A stretch of DNA of 41,538 nucleotides. Origin: Octopus bimaculoides (lineage: Eukaryota). The notes under the pieces are model-generated. The model was not told the origin of the DNA, did no database searches, and worked only from the letters and a program-made list of their open reading frames with translations. The stretch lies in assembly GCF_001194135.2 (NCBI RefSeq), contig NC_068981.1, positions 162,083,284 through 162,124,821 on the forward strand, in the 5' to 3' direction. The stretch's first letter is position 1; the number at the start of each line of letters is the position of its first letter. Below, piece by piece: positions 1 to 11,425 of the stretch. The translations under genes were made by a program, and so were the position numbers.

Positions 1-465
1 ATATATATATATATATACACGCACATACACAAACATATGTATGTATATATAAGGGTTTATATGATAAAAATTATCCAGATGGGTATCATCCTGGAATTGG
101 ATAGACTTAGAACAATGTCTTAAAAATTGAAGTGCACACACAAATTTGGTAGTCCTTTACTTCAGGACATCCACTTTCCATTTTCTCATTCACCAATTAG
201 TATCATATCCTTTATTTTCTCTTCTTTTCTCTTCTTTTCTTTTCTTTTTTTTTTTTTTTTGACTACCTTGAATCATTTTGTAGAGTTGAAAATTTTGCAA
301 TTGTTGTTACAAAAATACATTCACACACAATCTTTGTATACATATATACAGACACACATAAACGAATATACACATAAATATTATGTATAGAGTTGACAGA
401 TGAGATTCAGAGATTCCCAACATAGAAAATACTTAGCAGCACTCAAATATCAGATTTTTAACTCT

Positions 466-594
466 CCACCCTGAAGAGGGCAGCCGGGTTTAGCCAATGA
501 TTATAAGCTTCCATTACTGGCTGCACATTCTGGTAAACTACATTTGCCAACACTATGACGTAAGTCCGAATCTCCAGAAACAGCTGTCAGACTT
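466..594 (+). ncRNA. Degraded hammerhead-ribozyme-like motif
   Basis: CTGAAGA at 471-477 and GAAAC-AGCT-GTC at 577-588, the same palindromic stem III as at 30247. Two hairpins lie between them (GCAGCCGG/CTGGCTGC; TGGTAAA/TTTGCCA). Stem I and the base of stem II do not pair in the canonical register. Confidence 0.3.
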
Positions 595-1487
595 GTAACA
601 CCACACCTTCTCCCCTTTATTTTTTCTGTGTCTTTGTACTCTGTGTCGCACATCCAGCAGAGCATACCAGTTTGCTCTGTTAATATATAAATATCTATAT
701 ATTATACTTGAATATTCATCGTTTGCAAATTTTCAGTTTATGCTTTCTGTCTCTTTACATGTATATATATTTTGTTATATCAAACCGAAGCAGCTTTATT
801 TTGTTTATTTGCACCATTGTCTCCATATCTGCTCACCTAAATACTATGCATGTATATGTATGTAAAAACAAAGAAAACTTTTTCCTGGCTGTCAAACAAA
901 ACGATACTTACTACTGAATGACAATAGTGAAAACGATTGTCCATTAATTTTTGCAGCAAACATGAAAGTTATTATTGAGAAAAGAAAAGCTGAAAATAAA
1001 TTATGCACATAAAGGATGAAGTTTGTTTTTTCTGCTAGAGGCTACTTAGTACTAAAAATGTACTTATATCCCTAAATATGTATCTTTGATCTCAAAGAAT
1101 TGCAGATTATTCATAAGACAACTCATCATAATCAATGCTTTCCATCCTGTGTAAAAAACAAAAAAATTCACATCAAATTTGTCAATGCTGATCACTTATA
1201 TATGCTTAGACGAGGCTGTATCTGTATAGATATGTGTCTGTGTGTACATGTGCATATGTGTATGTGCTTAAGTGCAGTTATGTATGAATATGTACATATC
1301 AGATTTGCTGCATGAGTATGTTAAACAGAAAAATGCAGTGAACATTTGCTTATGTCCAAGTACCATTATGGAACAACACACAGAACAAAGAATTGCTTTA
1401 AATTGCATCAGAGATCATGCTTCAAATTATTACAGTACATGATTTTCTACACTTGGTGATAGTTTATCTATGTTTCCATCAGACATT

Positions 1488-1528
<41 letters not shown>

Positions 1529-1795
1529 TACATGTCTGTGTGCGTGTACATGTCTGTGTGCGTGTACATGTCTGTGATGAATCTGTACATATGAAGTGCT
1601 TACGTGTAGCTGTATTTTTGTGTATTTTACTGTTTATTGTGTATGATTTTCAATGCATAAATACACAATGTGCCCAGTCATAGTGTCATAAAATTTGAAC
1701 ATGCATACAAGATAAATTATTATGAAAAGGATATATACATACATACATACATATATATATATATCTATGTAGATGAATATAGATACACACAACCA

Positions 1796-1843
<48 letters not shown>

Positions 1844-1889
1844 AATTTTATAAACAGACTTAGAAGTGCTGACTGAGTTGGTATTTCAC

Positions 1890-2092
1890 AGAAAATAAAG
1901 TAAATCTCTAATGCAGATTAGCTGTTAAAAAGAGCTTAGAAAAATGGGTAAATAAGAGAGAGAAAAATGGAGCCAGCAGAATCAAACCCTGTACCTCTCA
2001 AATACTTCTCAGCTGTCTTTTAAAGGGTGCTTACCCAATCTTCTAAGCTCTTTTTAACAGCTAATCTGCCCTCAAGATTTACTTTATTTTCT
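1890..2092. mobile_element. Foldback/MITE-like element with about 62-bp inverted arms
   Basis: 1890-1951 (AGAAAATAAAGTAAATCT..GCAGATTAGCTGTTAAAAAGAGCTTAGAA..GGGTAA) is the reverse complement of 2031-2092 at about 56/62 positions; the spacer is 79 bp. Confidence 0.7.
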
Positions 2093-2139
2093 AGCTCCTG
2101 GGCCTCATAGAGGCTAAGTGCCCGAGCTCCTTTTTAGTG

Positions 2140-2338
2140 TTGGGCTTCACGGAAGCAATGACCCAGACCCTTAGTATTATGTTGTGCTTGAGAAGAAAAC
2201 CCATCAAGCTGAGCAAAATCGCAGTCATGGCAGATACTGGTGTCACACAAATGGCACATAAAAGCACCTGTTACATTCTTGGAGTGGTTAGTGTTAGGAA
2301 GGGCATCCAGTCATAGAAAACCATGCCTAACCATGCCT
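2140..2338 (+). mobile_element. RTE LINE fragment (end of ORF2 plus start of 3' UTR)
   Basis: Starts with LGFTEAMT and has the GTGCTTGAGAAGAAAACCCATCAAGC and GTTAGGAAGGGCATCCAG blocks shared with the copy at 30312-31040. Confidence 0.75.
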
Positions 2339-2400
2339 ATAGCTAAAGACACTTGCCCAATTTTCCACATAGTGGGACTGAACCTGAAACCTTATCATTG
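2338..2400 (-). mobile_element. SINE family B fragment
   Basis: AAGACACTTGCCCAA..AGTGGGACTGAACC matches the B copies at 15876 and 29745. Confidence 0.7.
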
Positions 2401-2474
2401 GAATTAAACAGTCATGTCTGTGTCAAGTGTTTGTATCTGTGTGTAACTGTGTGTGTGGGTGTATGTGTGAGTGT

Positions 2475-2519
<45 letters not shown>

Positions 2520-3209
2520 TGTGTGTTTTTGATTATATTTGCACTTCTCCCAAAGTTTTTCAACAATGACGTTACTGTCATCTCCCCTATCAGTGAATCA
2601 GCCACTGGCTTTGCACTTAAGAAACAGGTTAGTGACAGGAAGAGCGTCTGGCCGTAAAACAGTTCCTCAATAATATATTCATCTCACCTATGTTAGCATG
2701 ATAAAATAGACACTAAGATCAATGAATGAACACATGATGATAACTGGAAAAAATATGCTAAACAATCCATTTGATCTGTGGTTGAAAACTAAGCATGACT
2801 TATTGCTCAAACCTCTGAGCTCAGGAGGTTTGATATCATGGAGATCAAGACAAGGAAATCCATCCAACAGAAGTATGCATGGCAAAACGTACACAGTATT
2901 TTATTAATGATAATGAAGGTAATTTGCAGAATTGCAGAATTATACAGTTGCATATTATTTCCTGTTTCCTTTATGTGAAGGAGTAAAAATTTGGTAAAAG
3001 TATTATGAAAGAATAAGCCAGCAGAAATTAAAACCTGTGCACGTACAAAAACACAGATTTTCTGTGTATATACATCACATGTCTTTCTTTGTATATGCAT
3101 GTATATGAAAAGATTATTTCTGTACATATGTAAGAAAGAAACATATGAGCAGACATTTAAGAGTAGAAAAAAAAAAGGAAGAAAACATGGAAAAGATATC
3201 AGGAATGAG

Positions 3210-3480
3210 TTTTACAATTAACTACAAGGATTTTTGCATTTACCAGCACAGATTTTTGCATTTATCACCAGAATTTTTTATAATTATCTTCACAGAATTA
3301 TATATTTATTTACACAAATTTTTACGCTTATCTACACAAATTTTTACATTAATATATGCCTATTTTACAATCATCATTCTCTCAAAATTTCACATTTATC
3401 TACACATATTTTTACATTTATCAATACTTATTTTTACAATTATCTATACATATATTCACATTTACATAACATGAATTTTA
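3210..3480. repeat. Degenerate minisatellite, about 21-22-bp unit, about 12 copies
   Basis: Recurring TTTTTACATTTATCTACACA(A/G/T)A-like units. Confidence 0.65.
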
Positions 3481-4874
3481 TTTATATTACATATATTTTA
3501 TGCAGATTTTGTCTGCATAAAATATGAGCTATGTACTCAAAGTTTAGCTTTATTGACATAATAAATAATTACTGAGTTTCACCTCTGGAAATCTTTTCCA
3601 TTATCTTTCTGAAATAGCTGCAAATGTCACTGAGAAGAAATAAGCTGTGTGGTGCTGAATCCTTTAATTGTTTGTGATGCATAGTTAGAGTTACTTCCTT
3701 TTACTTTAAGCTACTAATACTCTTAAGAAACACAAAAATGTCACATTAATCACATATTTATGAATCTGAGTCCTTTCATCTGTATAAGAAATTAATACTC
3801 TATATCATCAAAGAGGCTAAGGATCATGGGAAGCTAAAGATATGATAGGTATCAATCTCTAAAGGAAGCTGTTAGACTTCTCTCGCATTATTTATGACCT
3901 GAGGTAAGGCACAAATGTCACAAAATATCTTCATTTCTTGCTTCCTTTAAATTACCAAGTCTTCATCATCACCTAACTAGGAATGGTTATTTTGTCTCAT
4001 CTCAGGATTTGTAGAAATGGTAGTTTCACTCTTTAGTGTTGGAAGTTAATCTACAAAATGCAATGTTTATATACCCACATTATTTTAAATTAATCATCCA
4101 CATTGTTTTAAATTAATCATAGTTTGGGGATTTTGCTCTCTCTCTCTCTCTCTTTCTCTCGATAACCACTTGCCTCCCCAACACTTACATCATTCTCCCC
4201 CACCCCACCCTATATAAACTAGCTCACTCAGATTCCCCTACCTCATTTTAATCACCTCGCCAAAAAAGTAGAAAACCAGAAGATGTTCAGATAAGCAATC
4301 TTCTTTCAACCTGGCACATCTCTAATCCTTCTCTTTCAGCGCAGATCATCATAATTAGCTTGTTAGTTCATTTCATTATTCTATTTATTTCATTACCTAT
4401 GTACACATAGTTTCATTGTTCATGCTGTATGTTTAAAAAAAAACACACACAAGATCCCTTTCGCTCGATTCAATTCTCTCTCTTTCATGCTCATTTATTA
4501 TCGTCACTTATCCATTTATCTTATTTGGTCACAGTTTGGCTGACTGAAAACTCTTGGTTATAGCTCTAGTTAAGATTTTCAAATGCCCAATTCTATCTCA
4601 TTATGATCATCAATATTCTCTCACACAGTTTTTGCTGTTTCAATAAATTATGTTACCCTAAATCCTAAAATATTTTCTCTCTCTTGTTCTATCTTTGAAC
4701 AGCCTAACTCTGGTATGAACGCAAAACTGGTAGAATATATAGGCTGGATATGGCCGGTTTAAATTCTAAAAGGGCTAAAGAAAATCAGTACAGTAACAAA
4801 AATCATCGTGGCATTTAGTTAAGTTCCTTGCTTTGTGTTGTTCTGTGTGCAGATCCCATCATGATCAATTTTGC

Positions 4875-5090
4875 CTTTTAACCCTCTGATACATCTACTA
4901 CATATGTGGGAAATTCTGTCTGTGGGTGTGTTTGTGGAGTTGTTAGCTAACTCCTCATATATCGTTTTATCGATTTTGATCAAACTTGACATGTGAGTAG
5001 AACTCATGTCTGGAAATCTCATGGCATACTCAGATTGTTGAAAAAAAAAATCGATAATAGGGCCCCTGGAAGGGATCCTTATATATATCT
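4875..5090 (+). mobile_element. Possible Helentron-associated (HINE/DINE-1-like) non-autonomous repeat fragment
   Basis: A GT-rich CTGTCTGTGGGTGTGTTTGTG tract followed by AACTCCTC..TATCGATTTTGATCAAACTTGACATG, a block resembling the conserved core of such elements. Recognition is from memory only. Confidence 0.3.
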
Positions 5091-5782
5091 AATATATTTC
5101 ATTTTAACAGCTAAGGGAAATAACCCATTCATTTTCTTAAATCATTTGGTATAAACCAAATTGAATATGCTTATTTCTTAGTATTTGAACTGTTAGAGTT
5201 ATTTTCGCAATTTATCCAGTACAACCCTTAAACAAGTAAATAGTATTTTCCTAAACAATAGATCCACTTATTTTTGTTAATGACTTACTCACAAATATAC
5301 CAACACTAGTACTGCTGAGGGTAATATTCTCTGGGAATGCACAAAAGCCCTTTTTAGAGTTATTTACTTTGAATTGTTATTATTTCATATCTGATTAGCT
5401 TATTATGTAACATGCTTCATGATTTTAGTATACATACCTTATTAGTATTTCCTCCCAAGTTCTATATATTCTGGAAATGCATTTAAGCCATTTCAGGGCT
5501 ACTTTATTTGAATTCTTACTATTGGGTAACTATTTTCATGTTATTACACAACTGACTTCACAGTTTGGGTATTCATAACTTATTGGGAATTCCTAGAAAC
5601 AAGATCCTGTGTAAGACAGTTAGGTATTCTCTGTTAATACAGAAAAACTGTTTTAAGGGCTACATGCTTTGTACTGTTGTTTTTGGATTAGCGAAACAAT
5701 TATGAGAATAGAACCAAGGGATAAGCCCCACTTTCCCAGGGATTACTGGGTACGTCAGCTAGTAGAATATATATGTGTGTGC

Positions 5783-5818
<36 letters not shown>

Positions 5819-6081
5819 TATTTGTAATTGATGGAAAATTTCAAAAGGGATTCAAGGATGAGAAAGTCATGCATAGCACTTAACAAACTGATTTCAAACT
5901 GAGAGCTTGTTTCTTGCAATTCTTTCTGGAATGTTTGGTGGAAAAGTAATATCGGATAGTCATGTGAAAATTGTGAAGTTTTGAATAACTTTCCTGTTAA
6001 GCAGAAAGTAGTGTTGAAGGGAAAAAATGGAGACAAAACAACAAAAAAAAAAAGACATAAACGCATGTGCACTCACACAGA

Positions 6082-6149
6082 CCTCAGTCAAACTGTCCAA
6101 CCCATACCAGCATGGAAAACGGACGTTAAATGATGATGATGATGATGAC
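6082..6149 (+). mobile_element. RTE LINE extreme 3' end with (GAT)n tail
   Basis: CCTCAGTCAAACTGTCCAACCCATACCAGCATGGAAAACGGACGTTAAA(TGA)n. Confidence 0.85.
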
Positions 6150-6361
6150 TTTGATATTTATGAGTTGTGTATAGTAGAGAGGAAGGTAGTTTTATTATCA
6201 GGTCTTGAAAGGCCAAAATATGATAGAGGAACAGGCACAGCTGTCTTACTGCACAGAAGATACACGGCTTCATTGCATTATATAAAGGTGTGAGAGAGTT
6301 ACTGGAGAGAGAGAGAGGTAAAGATGATGGTATTCAGTGCCATGTGTGTGTGTGTGTGTAT

Positions 6362-6784
6362 AAAAGTGGATGGAATTTGTGGAAGAGGGAGACCCCCAAT
6401 AGACATGGCATGAAGTACTGAAAGCTGATCTCAAAATGCTAAGCTTTTTGAAGGAGATGACAGAGGACCAAGATATGTGGCATATAGCTGTACTTGAGAA
6501 GACCTGCCCACCACAACAGACTTGATATCCTAAAACCAAGGTGCCATGTAAAAAGCATTGGTGTGGGTGCTGGTACCACATGAAAAGCACTGATGATGGT
6601 GACAAGTAAAAAGCACCCAGCACACCCTGTAAAGTGGCTGGCATTAGGAAGGACATCCAACCATAGAAACCAAGCCAAAACAGACCATGGAACCTGGCTC
6701 AGCCCCTGACCTTGTCAGTTCCTGTCAAGCCAGCCAGCCCATGCCAGCATGGAAAATGGATGTTAAATGTTGAGGATGCTGATG
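6362..6784 (+). mobile_element. 5'-truncated RTE LINE (ORF2 C-terminus, 3' UTR, degraded tail)
   Basis: Translates, with one frameshift, to KVDGICGRGRP..WHEVLKADLKMLSFLKEMTEDQDMWHIAVLEKT, followed by the shared 3' UTR and GGATGTTAAATGTTGAGGATGCTGATG. Confidence 0.8.
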
Positions 6785-6791
6785 TGTAAAG

Positions 6792-7326
6792 TGCACAACT
6801 AAAGGAGACTTTTAGGTTGTGCCTGTTAAATAATTGCCTGTGTCTATGTGTGTATGTAAAACGTTTGTCTATTAATCTAAGGAAAATCCTTCCCACACAA
6901 GTCTTGACATTGAGCAAGAAGGGTGGGACAAACCAAATGATGTTTCTGTTGTGCTTCCTTTTCTGGGTCTAGGGCCTGGCATGTAGGAGGTATGGTCCTT
7001 AAACCCAGTTGATGCCAGACACTATTCATTGTAGTTGGGCGCAATGGCGTTGAAGATGTCTTGGCTAGAGGATAGATTTGAGATCCTCTTGCTTACACCT
7101 TTCACTAGGTTCTTGGAAACTATAGGGTGGTGCTGGCAGGTGGCTGTACTATATAGGACAGTTTCTTGTTTGGTTTGTGATAGGGCCTGTATGTACCTGA
7201 GTCCAGATCTTAAGTAACATCTAAGAAATCTACTGTGGTGAGATTGGTCTCAATGGTGATCTTGAGTCCCATTGAGCCTAAGGCACTAATTAGGTTCTTT
7301 CTAAGTCTATCTAGTGTGTGTGTACC
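6792..7326 (-). mobile_element. Penelope-like element fragment (RT C-terminal part and thumb), pseudogenised
   Basis: Minus-strand translation across frameshifts and stops: LDRLRKNLISALGSMGLKITIETNLTTVDFLDVT*DLDSGTYRPYHKPN..HHPIVSKNLVKGVSKRISNLSSSQDIFN..RNIIWFVPPFLLNVKTCVGRIFLRLIDKRF..QLFNRHNLKVSFSC. These match typical PLE motifs (FLDV, IIWFNPP, FNRNTxKVSYSC). Confidence 0.8.
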
Positions 7327-7643
7327 AGTTAGATATTGTTGTTAGTAATTGGCTGTCTCCTTTCACCTTTCTATAGTTCTGCTCAATCCTCACTCATAGA
7401 TGACTTGTGGGCCAAACAGTAATGACATTTAGAAGGTAGTGTAGTCAAGAGAACAGAAATCAATAAACTTACAGAACTGCTGAACTAAACACATTTCATT
7501 ATTCCTGCCTACTGCATTATAATTGCTCCTCTTCAGTTACAAATAAAATATTGCTTATTTGAACATGTGACCTAGAAGTTTGTCAATAAAGATCTCGATC
7601 ATAATGTCATGAGTTTCATTTCTAGTTTTAGAGGTACATTTTA

Positions 7644-7701
7644 TCCTTGGGCAAGGCACTCTACTTCGTGTTACTCCAGTCCATTCAGCAAGCAAAAATG
7701 A
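7644..7701 (+). mobile_element. SINE family A central-domain fragment
   Basis: TCCTTGGGCAAGGCACT..TTACTCCAGTCCATTCAGC..AAAAATGA matches the A copies at 21626 and 25868. Confidence 0.6.
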
Positions 7702-7795
7702 TTATTAAAACTAACAGAATGCCACTCAACATCAAGTCAGTATGGCAGCATTAACGAATCTATGGTATGGACCAAAACCTTGAAATATGAAAAGG

Positions 7796-7903
7796 AGTAC
7801 ATCCAGGAAGAAGGGTACCTCTAGGAAGAGAGGTAGGTCCAGCAAGAGGGATACATCCAAAGAACAAAGTACATCCAGGAAGTGGGGTACATTCAACAGT
7901 GGA
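7796..7903. repeat. 18-bp minisatellite, 6 copies
   Basis: Units AGTACATCCAGGAAGAAG / GGTACCTCTAGGAAGAGA / GGTAGGTCCAGCAAGAGG / GATACATCCAAAGAACAA / AGTACATCCAGGAAGTGG / GGTACATTCAACAGTGGA. Confidence 0.8.
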
Positions 7904-8107
7904 CTCCTATGTCTTATCATGACCCTTTTTAATTCTCATTCTAAAATTGAGACTATTTTTGAAGAGAAAGAAACCTGTGTGTTGCATCCCTCATCATATA
8001 CTTTTACATTGTAAACATTTCCTTCCTCAGCTTTCTTTCTTTCTCTTTCTCTCTCACTTACTCTTCCTCTCTCTCTCTCTCTCTTTCTCTTTTAGTTATG
8101 TTTCTTA

Positions 8108-8328
8108 TTTCTTTATTGCCCACAAGGGGCTAGGGGACAAATAAGGACAGACAAACGGATTAAATCGATTATATTGACCTCAGTGCGTAACTGGTACTTA
8201 TTTAATCGACCCTGAAAGGATGAAAGGCAAAGTCGACCTCGGCGGAATTTGAACTCAGAACGTAGTGGCAGACGAAATACCACTAAGCATTTTGCCCGGC
8301 GTGCTAACGTTTCTGCCAGCTCACCGCC
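8108..8328 (-). mobile_element. Full-length tRNA-derived SINE, family E, with 18-bp TSD
   Basis: Minus-strand head GGCGGTGAGCTGGCAGAAACGTTAGC with a box-B-like GAGTTCAAATTCC. TTTTAGTTATGTTTCTTA is duplicated at 8090-8107 and 8329-8346. Confidence 0.9.
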
Positions 8329-9130
8329 TTTTAGTTATGTTTCTTACCATCCCTTCTTTTATTGTTGTTACCATTATAATTTTGTCTCCCATCCTACTTA
8401 CTTTTCTTCCATCTCATTTCTCAGTTCCTAGCTATATTTATTTTTCCACATTGAAATGCTTTATCAGTTCCAAGATTAATAATGCATAATGAAGCTATAA
8501 AGCTTCTGGAAGCTCTCTGCATTCTTCACATTTCTCCACTAATTTCTGCCATCTTCCTTTCTCTTTTTTTCTAGTTAGTCAGGTCTTTGACTTTTGTCTT
8601 TTACCTTCCATCTTTCCCATCTCTCCTTTGCTTTTTCTCTCCCAGTCACATCCCTTCTTTTACCCCTACATATCCAGTGTGTCCTGTCAACTATTTTTCC
8701 ACTTTATACATTTTACTTTCTGTCTTCCTAATGTCTGTCTATCTTCTACACTGAAATATACCATCAACGCCAAGACTAATAATGTATGATAAATCTCCTA
8801 ATTTTTTACAATTGGCTGCCTTCTTAACACTTCTCCGTTCCATTCTTTTCTTCATTTTCTATCGGCTGTCTACCAATTTGAAATATTTTTATCAATTCCA
8901 AGAACTGATAAATAAAATGGAAAGAATCTCCTAACTTCTCACAAATTACTTACTTTCTTCACTCTTCTACATGGCTGGTCGGCTAGCTTATTCCATTTGC
9001 CATTTTCTACATTCTTCTGTCTTAATGTCTTCCATAGTTTGTCATCTCCTCTTTACTGACTTTGTCTCCTATTTCACCATTCATTTCTTTCCTTCTTCAA
9101 GTTTCAACTTCTGCCATTGCTGCTGCTGCT

Positions 9131-9179
9131 ACTAGTAGTAGTTGTAGTAGTAGTAGTAGTAGTGGTAGTAGTAGTAGTG

Positions 9180-9231
<52 letters not shown>
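9131..9231. repeat. (AGT)n microsatellite
   Basis: Direct reading; it produces the poly-Ser stretch of the ORF at 9062. Confidence 0.95.
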
Positions 9232-9232
<1 letters not shown>

Positions 9233-9413
9233 TACACCGTCATCATTGTTATAGTCAATGTCACAACTGTTATTGTAATCATGATCATATTAGCATTAAA
9301 CACTGTTCAGTTTGTGCCCTATACCAAATTGGGAAGATCGTATTTATTAATCTTCATTTGGATAAAGTTGACAGTGACTTTGAAGTTTCAGCTTGCTTGC
9401 CATCTGATTAATG

Positions 9414-9463
<50 letters not shown>

Positions 9464-10165
9464 NNNNNNNNNNNNNNNNNNNNNNNNNNNNNNNNNNNNN
9501 NNNNNNNNNNNNNNNNNNNNNNNNNNNNNNNNNNNNNNNNNNNNNNNNNNNNNNNNNNNNNNNNNNNNNNNNNNNNNNNNNNNNNNNNNNNNNNNNNNNN
9601 NNNNNNNNNNNNNNNNNNNNNNNNNNNNNNNNNNNNNNNNNNNNNNNNNNNNNNNNNNNNNNNNNNNNNNNNNNNNNNNNNNNNNNNNNNNNNNNNNNNN
9701 NNNNNNNNNNNNNNNNNNNNNNNNNNNNNNNNNNNNNNNNNNNNNNNNNNNNNNNNNNNNNNNNNNNNNNNNNNNNNNNNNNNNNNNNNNNNNNNNNNNN
9801 NNNNNNNNNNNNNNNNNNNNNNNNNNNNNNNNNNNNNNNNNNNNNNNNNNNNNNNNNNNNNNNNNNNNNNNNNNNNNNNNNNNNNNNNNNNNNNNNNNNN
9901 NNNNNNNNNNNNNNNNNNNNNNNNNNNNNNNNNNNNNNNNNNNNNNNNNNNNNNNNNNNNNNNNNNNNNNNNNNNNNNNNNNNNNNNNNNNNNNNNNNNN
10001 NNNNNNNNNNNNNNNNNNNNNNNNNNNNNNNNNNNNNNNNNNNNNNNNNNNNNNNNNNNNNNNNNNNNNNNNNNNNNNNNNNNNNNNNNNNNNNNNNNNN
10101 NNNNNNNNNNNNNNNNNNNNNNNNNNNNNNNNNNNNNNNNNNNNNNNNNNNNNNNNNNNNNNNNN
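9464..10165. other. Assembly gap. Other N-runs: 13257-13633, 14926-15875, 20751-21336, 26249-26491, 27323-27933, 29313-29399, 31044-31391, 35782-36299, 37173-37585, 38769-39347
   Basis: Runs of N, most flanked by microsatellites or repeat termini. Confidence 0.98.
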
Positions 10166-10217
<52 letters not shown>

Positions 10218-10285
10218 CACACACGCACACACACGCACACATACACACACACACATAGACACATATGTGTGTGTATATGTATACA

Positions 10286-10774
10286 TCTTTTATCTTTTAT
10301 TTGTCTTAGCTATTAGACTGCAGCCGTACTGGAGCACTGCCTTGAAGAATTTTTATGTCGTGCTTCGGAAGAAGATCCATCAAGCCAAGCAAAATCACAA
10401 TCAAAGCAGATACTAGTGTCACCTGTGCTGGTGGCATGTAAACGTAGCCCGGTGTCACACAAATGGCACCCGTGCCAGGGGCACATAAAAGCACCTATTA
10501 CACGCCTGGAGTGGTTGTCATTATGAAGAGCATCCAGCCATAGAAACCATGCTAAATCTGACTGGAGTCTGGTGTACCTCCCCAGCTTGCCAGCCCTGGT
10601 CAAAGGGTCCAACCCATGCCAGCATGGACAATGGACGTTAAATGATGATAATGATGAATCAGCTCCACTACTTCATTTTATTTTTTAAAAGCCTGGTACT
10701 TATTCTATCAATCTCTTTGCCAAACTGCTAAGTTACAGGGAGGTAAACACACCAACACCAGTTGGGGGACAAAC
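10286..10774 (-). mobile_element. SINE B/C 3' half (C segment), interrupted by an RTE insertion
   Basis: 10286-10353 is the reverse complement of the tail (GGCAGTGCTCCAGTACGGCTGCAGTC). 10657-10774 is the reverse complement of GTTTGTCCCCC..TAACTTAGCAGTTTGGCAAAGAGATTGATAGAATAAGTACC. Confidence 0.8.
10354..10656 (+). mobile_element. RTE LINE 3' end inserted into a C segment
   Basis: GAAGAAGATCCATCAAGCCAAGC..GGACGTTAAATGATGATAATGATG. Confidence 0.85.
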
Positions 10775-11179
10775 TTCCTGGCACTTGTGCCAGTGGCATG
10801 TGAAAAGACATCCGAGCAAGACTGTTGTCAGTGCCGATAGGCTGGCCCCTATGCAGATGACTTGTAAAATGCACCATTTTGAGCGTGGCCGTTGATTGTT
10901 ACCAACATCGCCTCCCTGGCCCTTGTGCTAGTGGCACGTCAAAAGACATTCGAGCGTGGCCGTCACCAGTACCGCCTGACTGGCCCTCGTGCCGGTGGCA
11001 TGTAAAACACCCACTATCCTCTCGGAGTAGTTGGCGTTAGGAAGAGCATCCAGCTGTAGAAACTCTGCCAAATCAGATTGGAGCCTGGTGTCGCCTCCTG
11101 GTCCACCAGTCCTCAGTCAAATCGTCCAACCCATGCTAGCATGGAAAGCGGACGTTAAACGATGATGATGATGATGATG
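10775..11179 (+). mobile_element. RTE LINE 3' UTR with internal repeats and (GAT)n tail
   Basis: Repeated GTGCCRGTGGCAYGTAAAA modules followed by the terminal CCATGCTAGCATGGAAAGCGGACGTTAAAC(GAT)n. Confidence 0.9.
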
Positions 11180-11189
11180 ATATATATAT

Positions 11190-11425
11190 ATTTGTGTTTG
11201 TGTGTGGATATGTTTGTGTGTCTGTGTTTGTCCCCCCAACATCGCTTGACAACCGATGCTGGTGTGTTTACGTCCCCGTAACTTAGCGGTTTAGCAACAG
11301 AGACTGATAGAATAAGTACTAGGCTTACAAAGAATAAGTCCTGGGGTCGATTTGCTCGACTAAAAGCGGTGCTCCAGCATGGCCGCAGTCAAATGACAGA
11401 AACAAGTAAAAGAGTAAAAGAGTAA
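11190..11425 (+). mobile_element. SINE B/C 3' half (microsatellite plus C segment)
   Basis: (TG)n-GTTTGTCCCCCCAACATCGCTTGACAACC..GCGGTGCTCCAGCATGGCCGCAGTCAAATGACAGAAAC-AAGTAAAAG repeats. Confidence 0.85.

Noticed and set aside
4819-5022. Protein-like 67-aa minus-strand ORF
   Set aside because: It overlaps a probable repeat core, with no splice or homology support.
9062-10316. Long ORFs (up to 398 aa) here and at the other gaps
   Set aside because: They are open only because of N-runs and (CA)/(TA)/(AGT) microsatellites; not genes.
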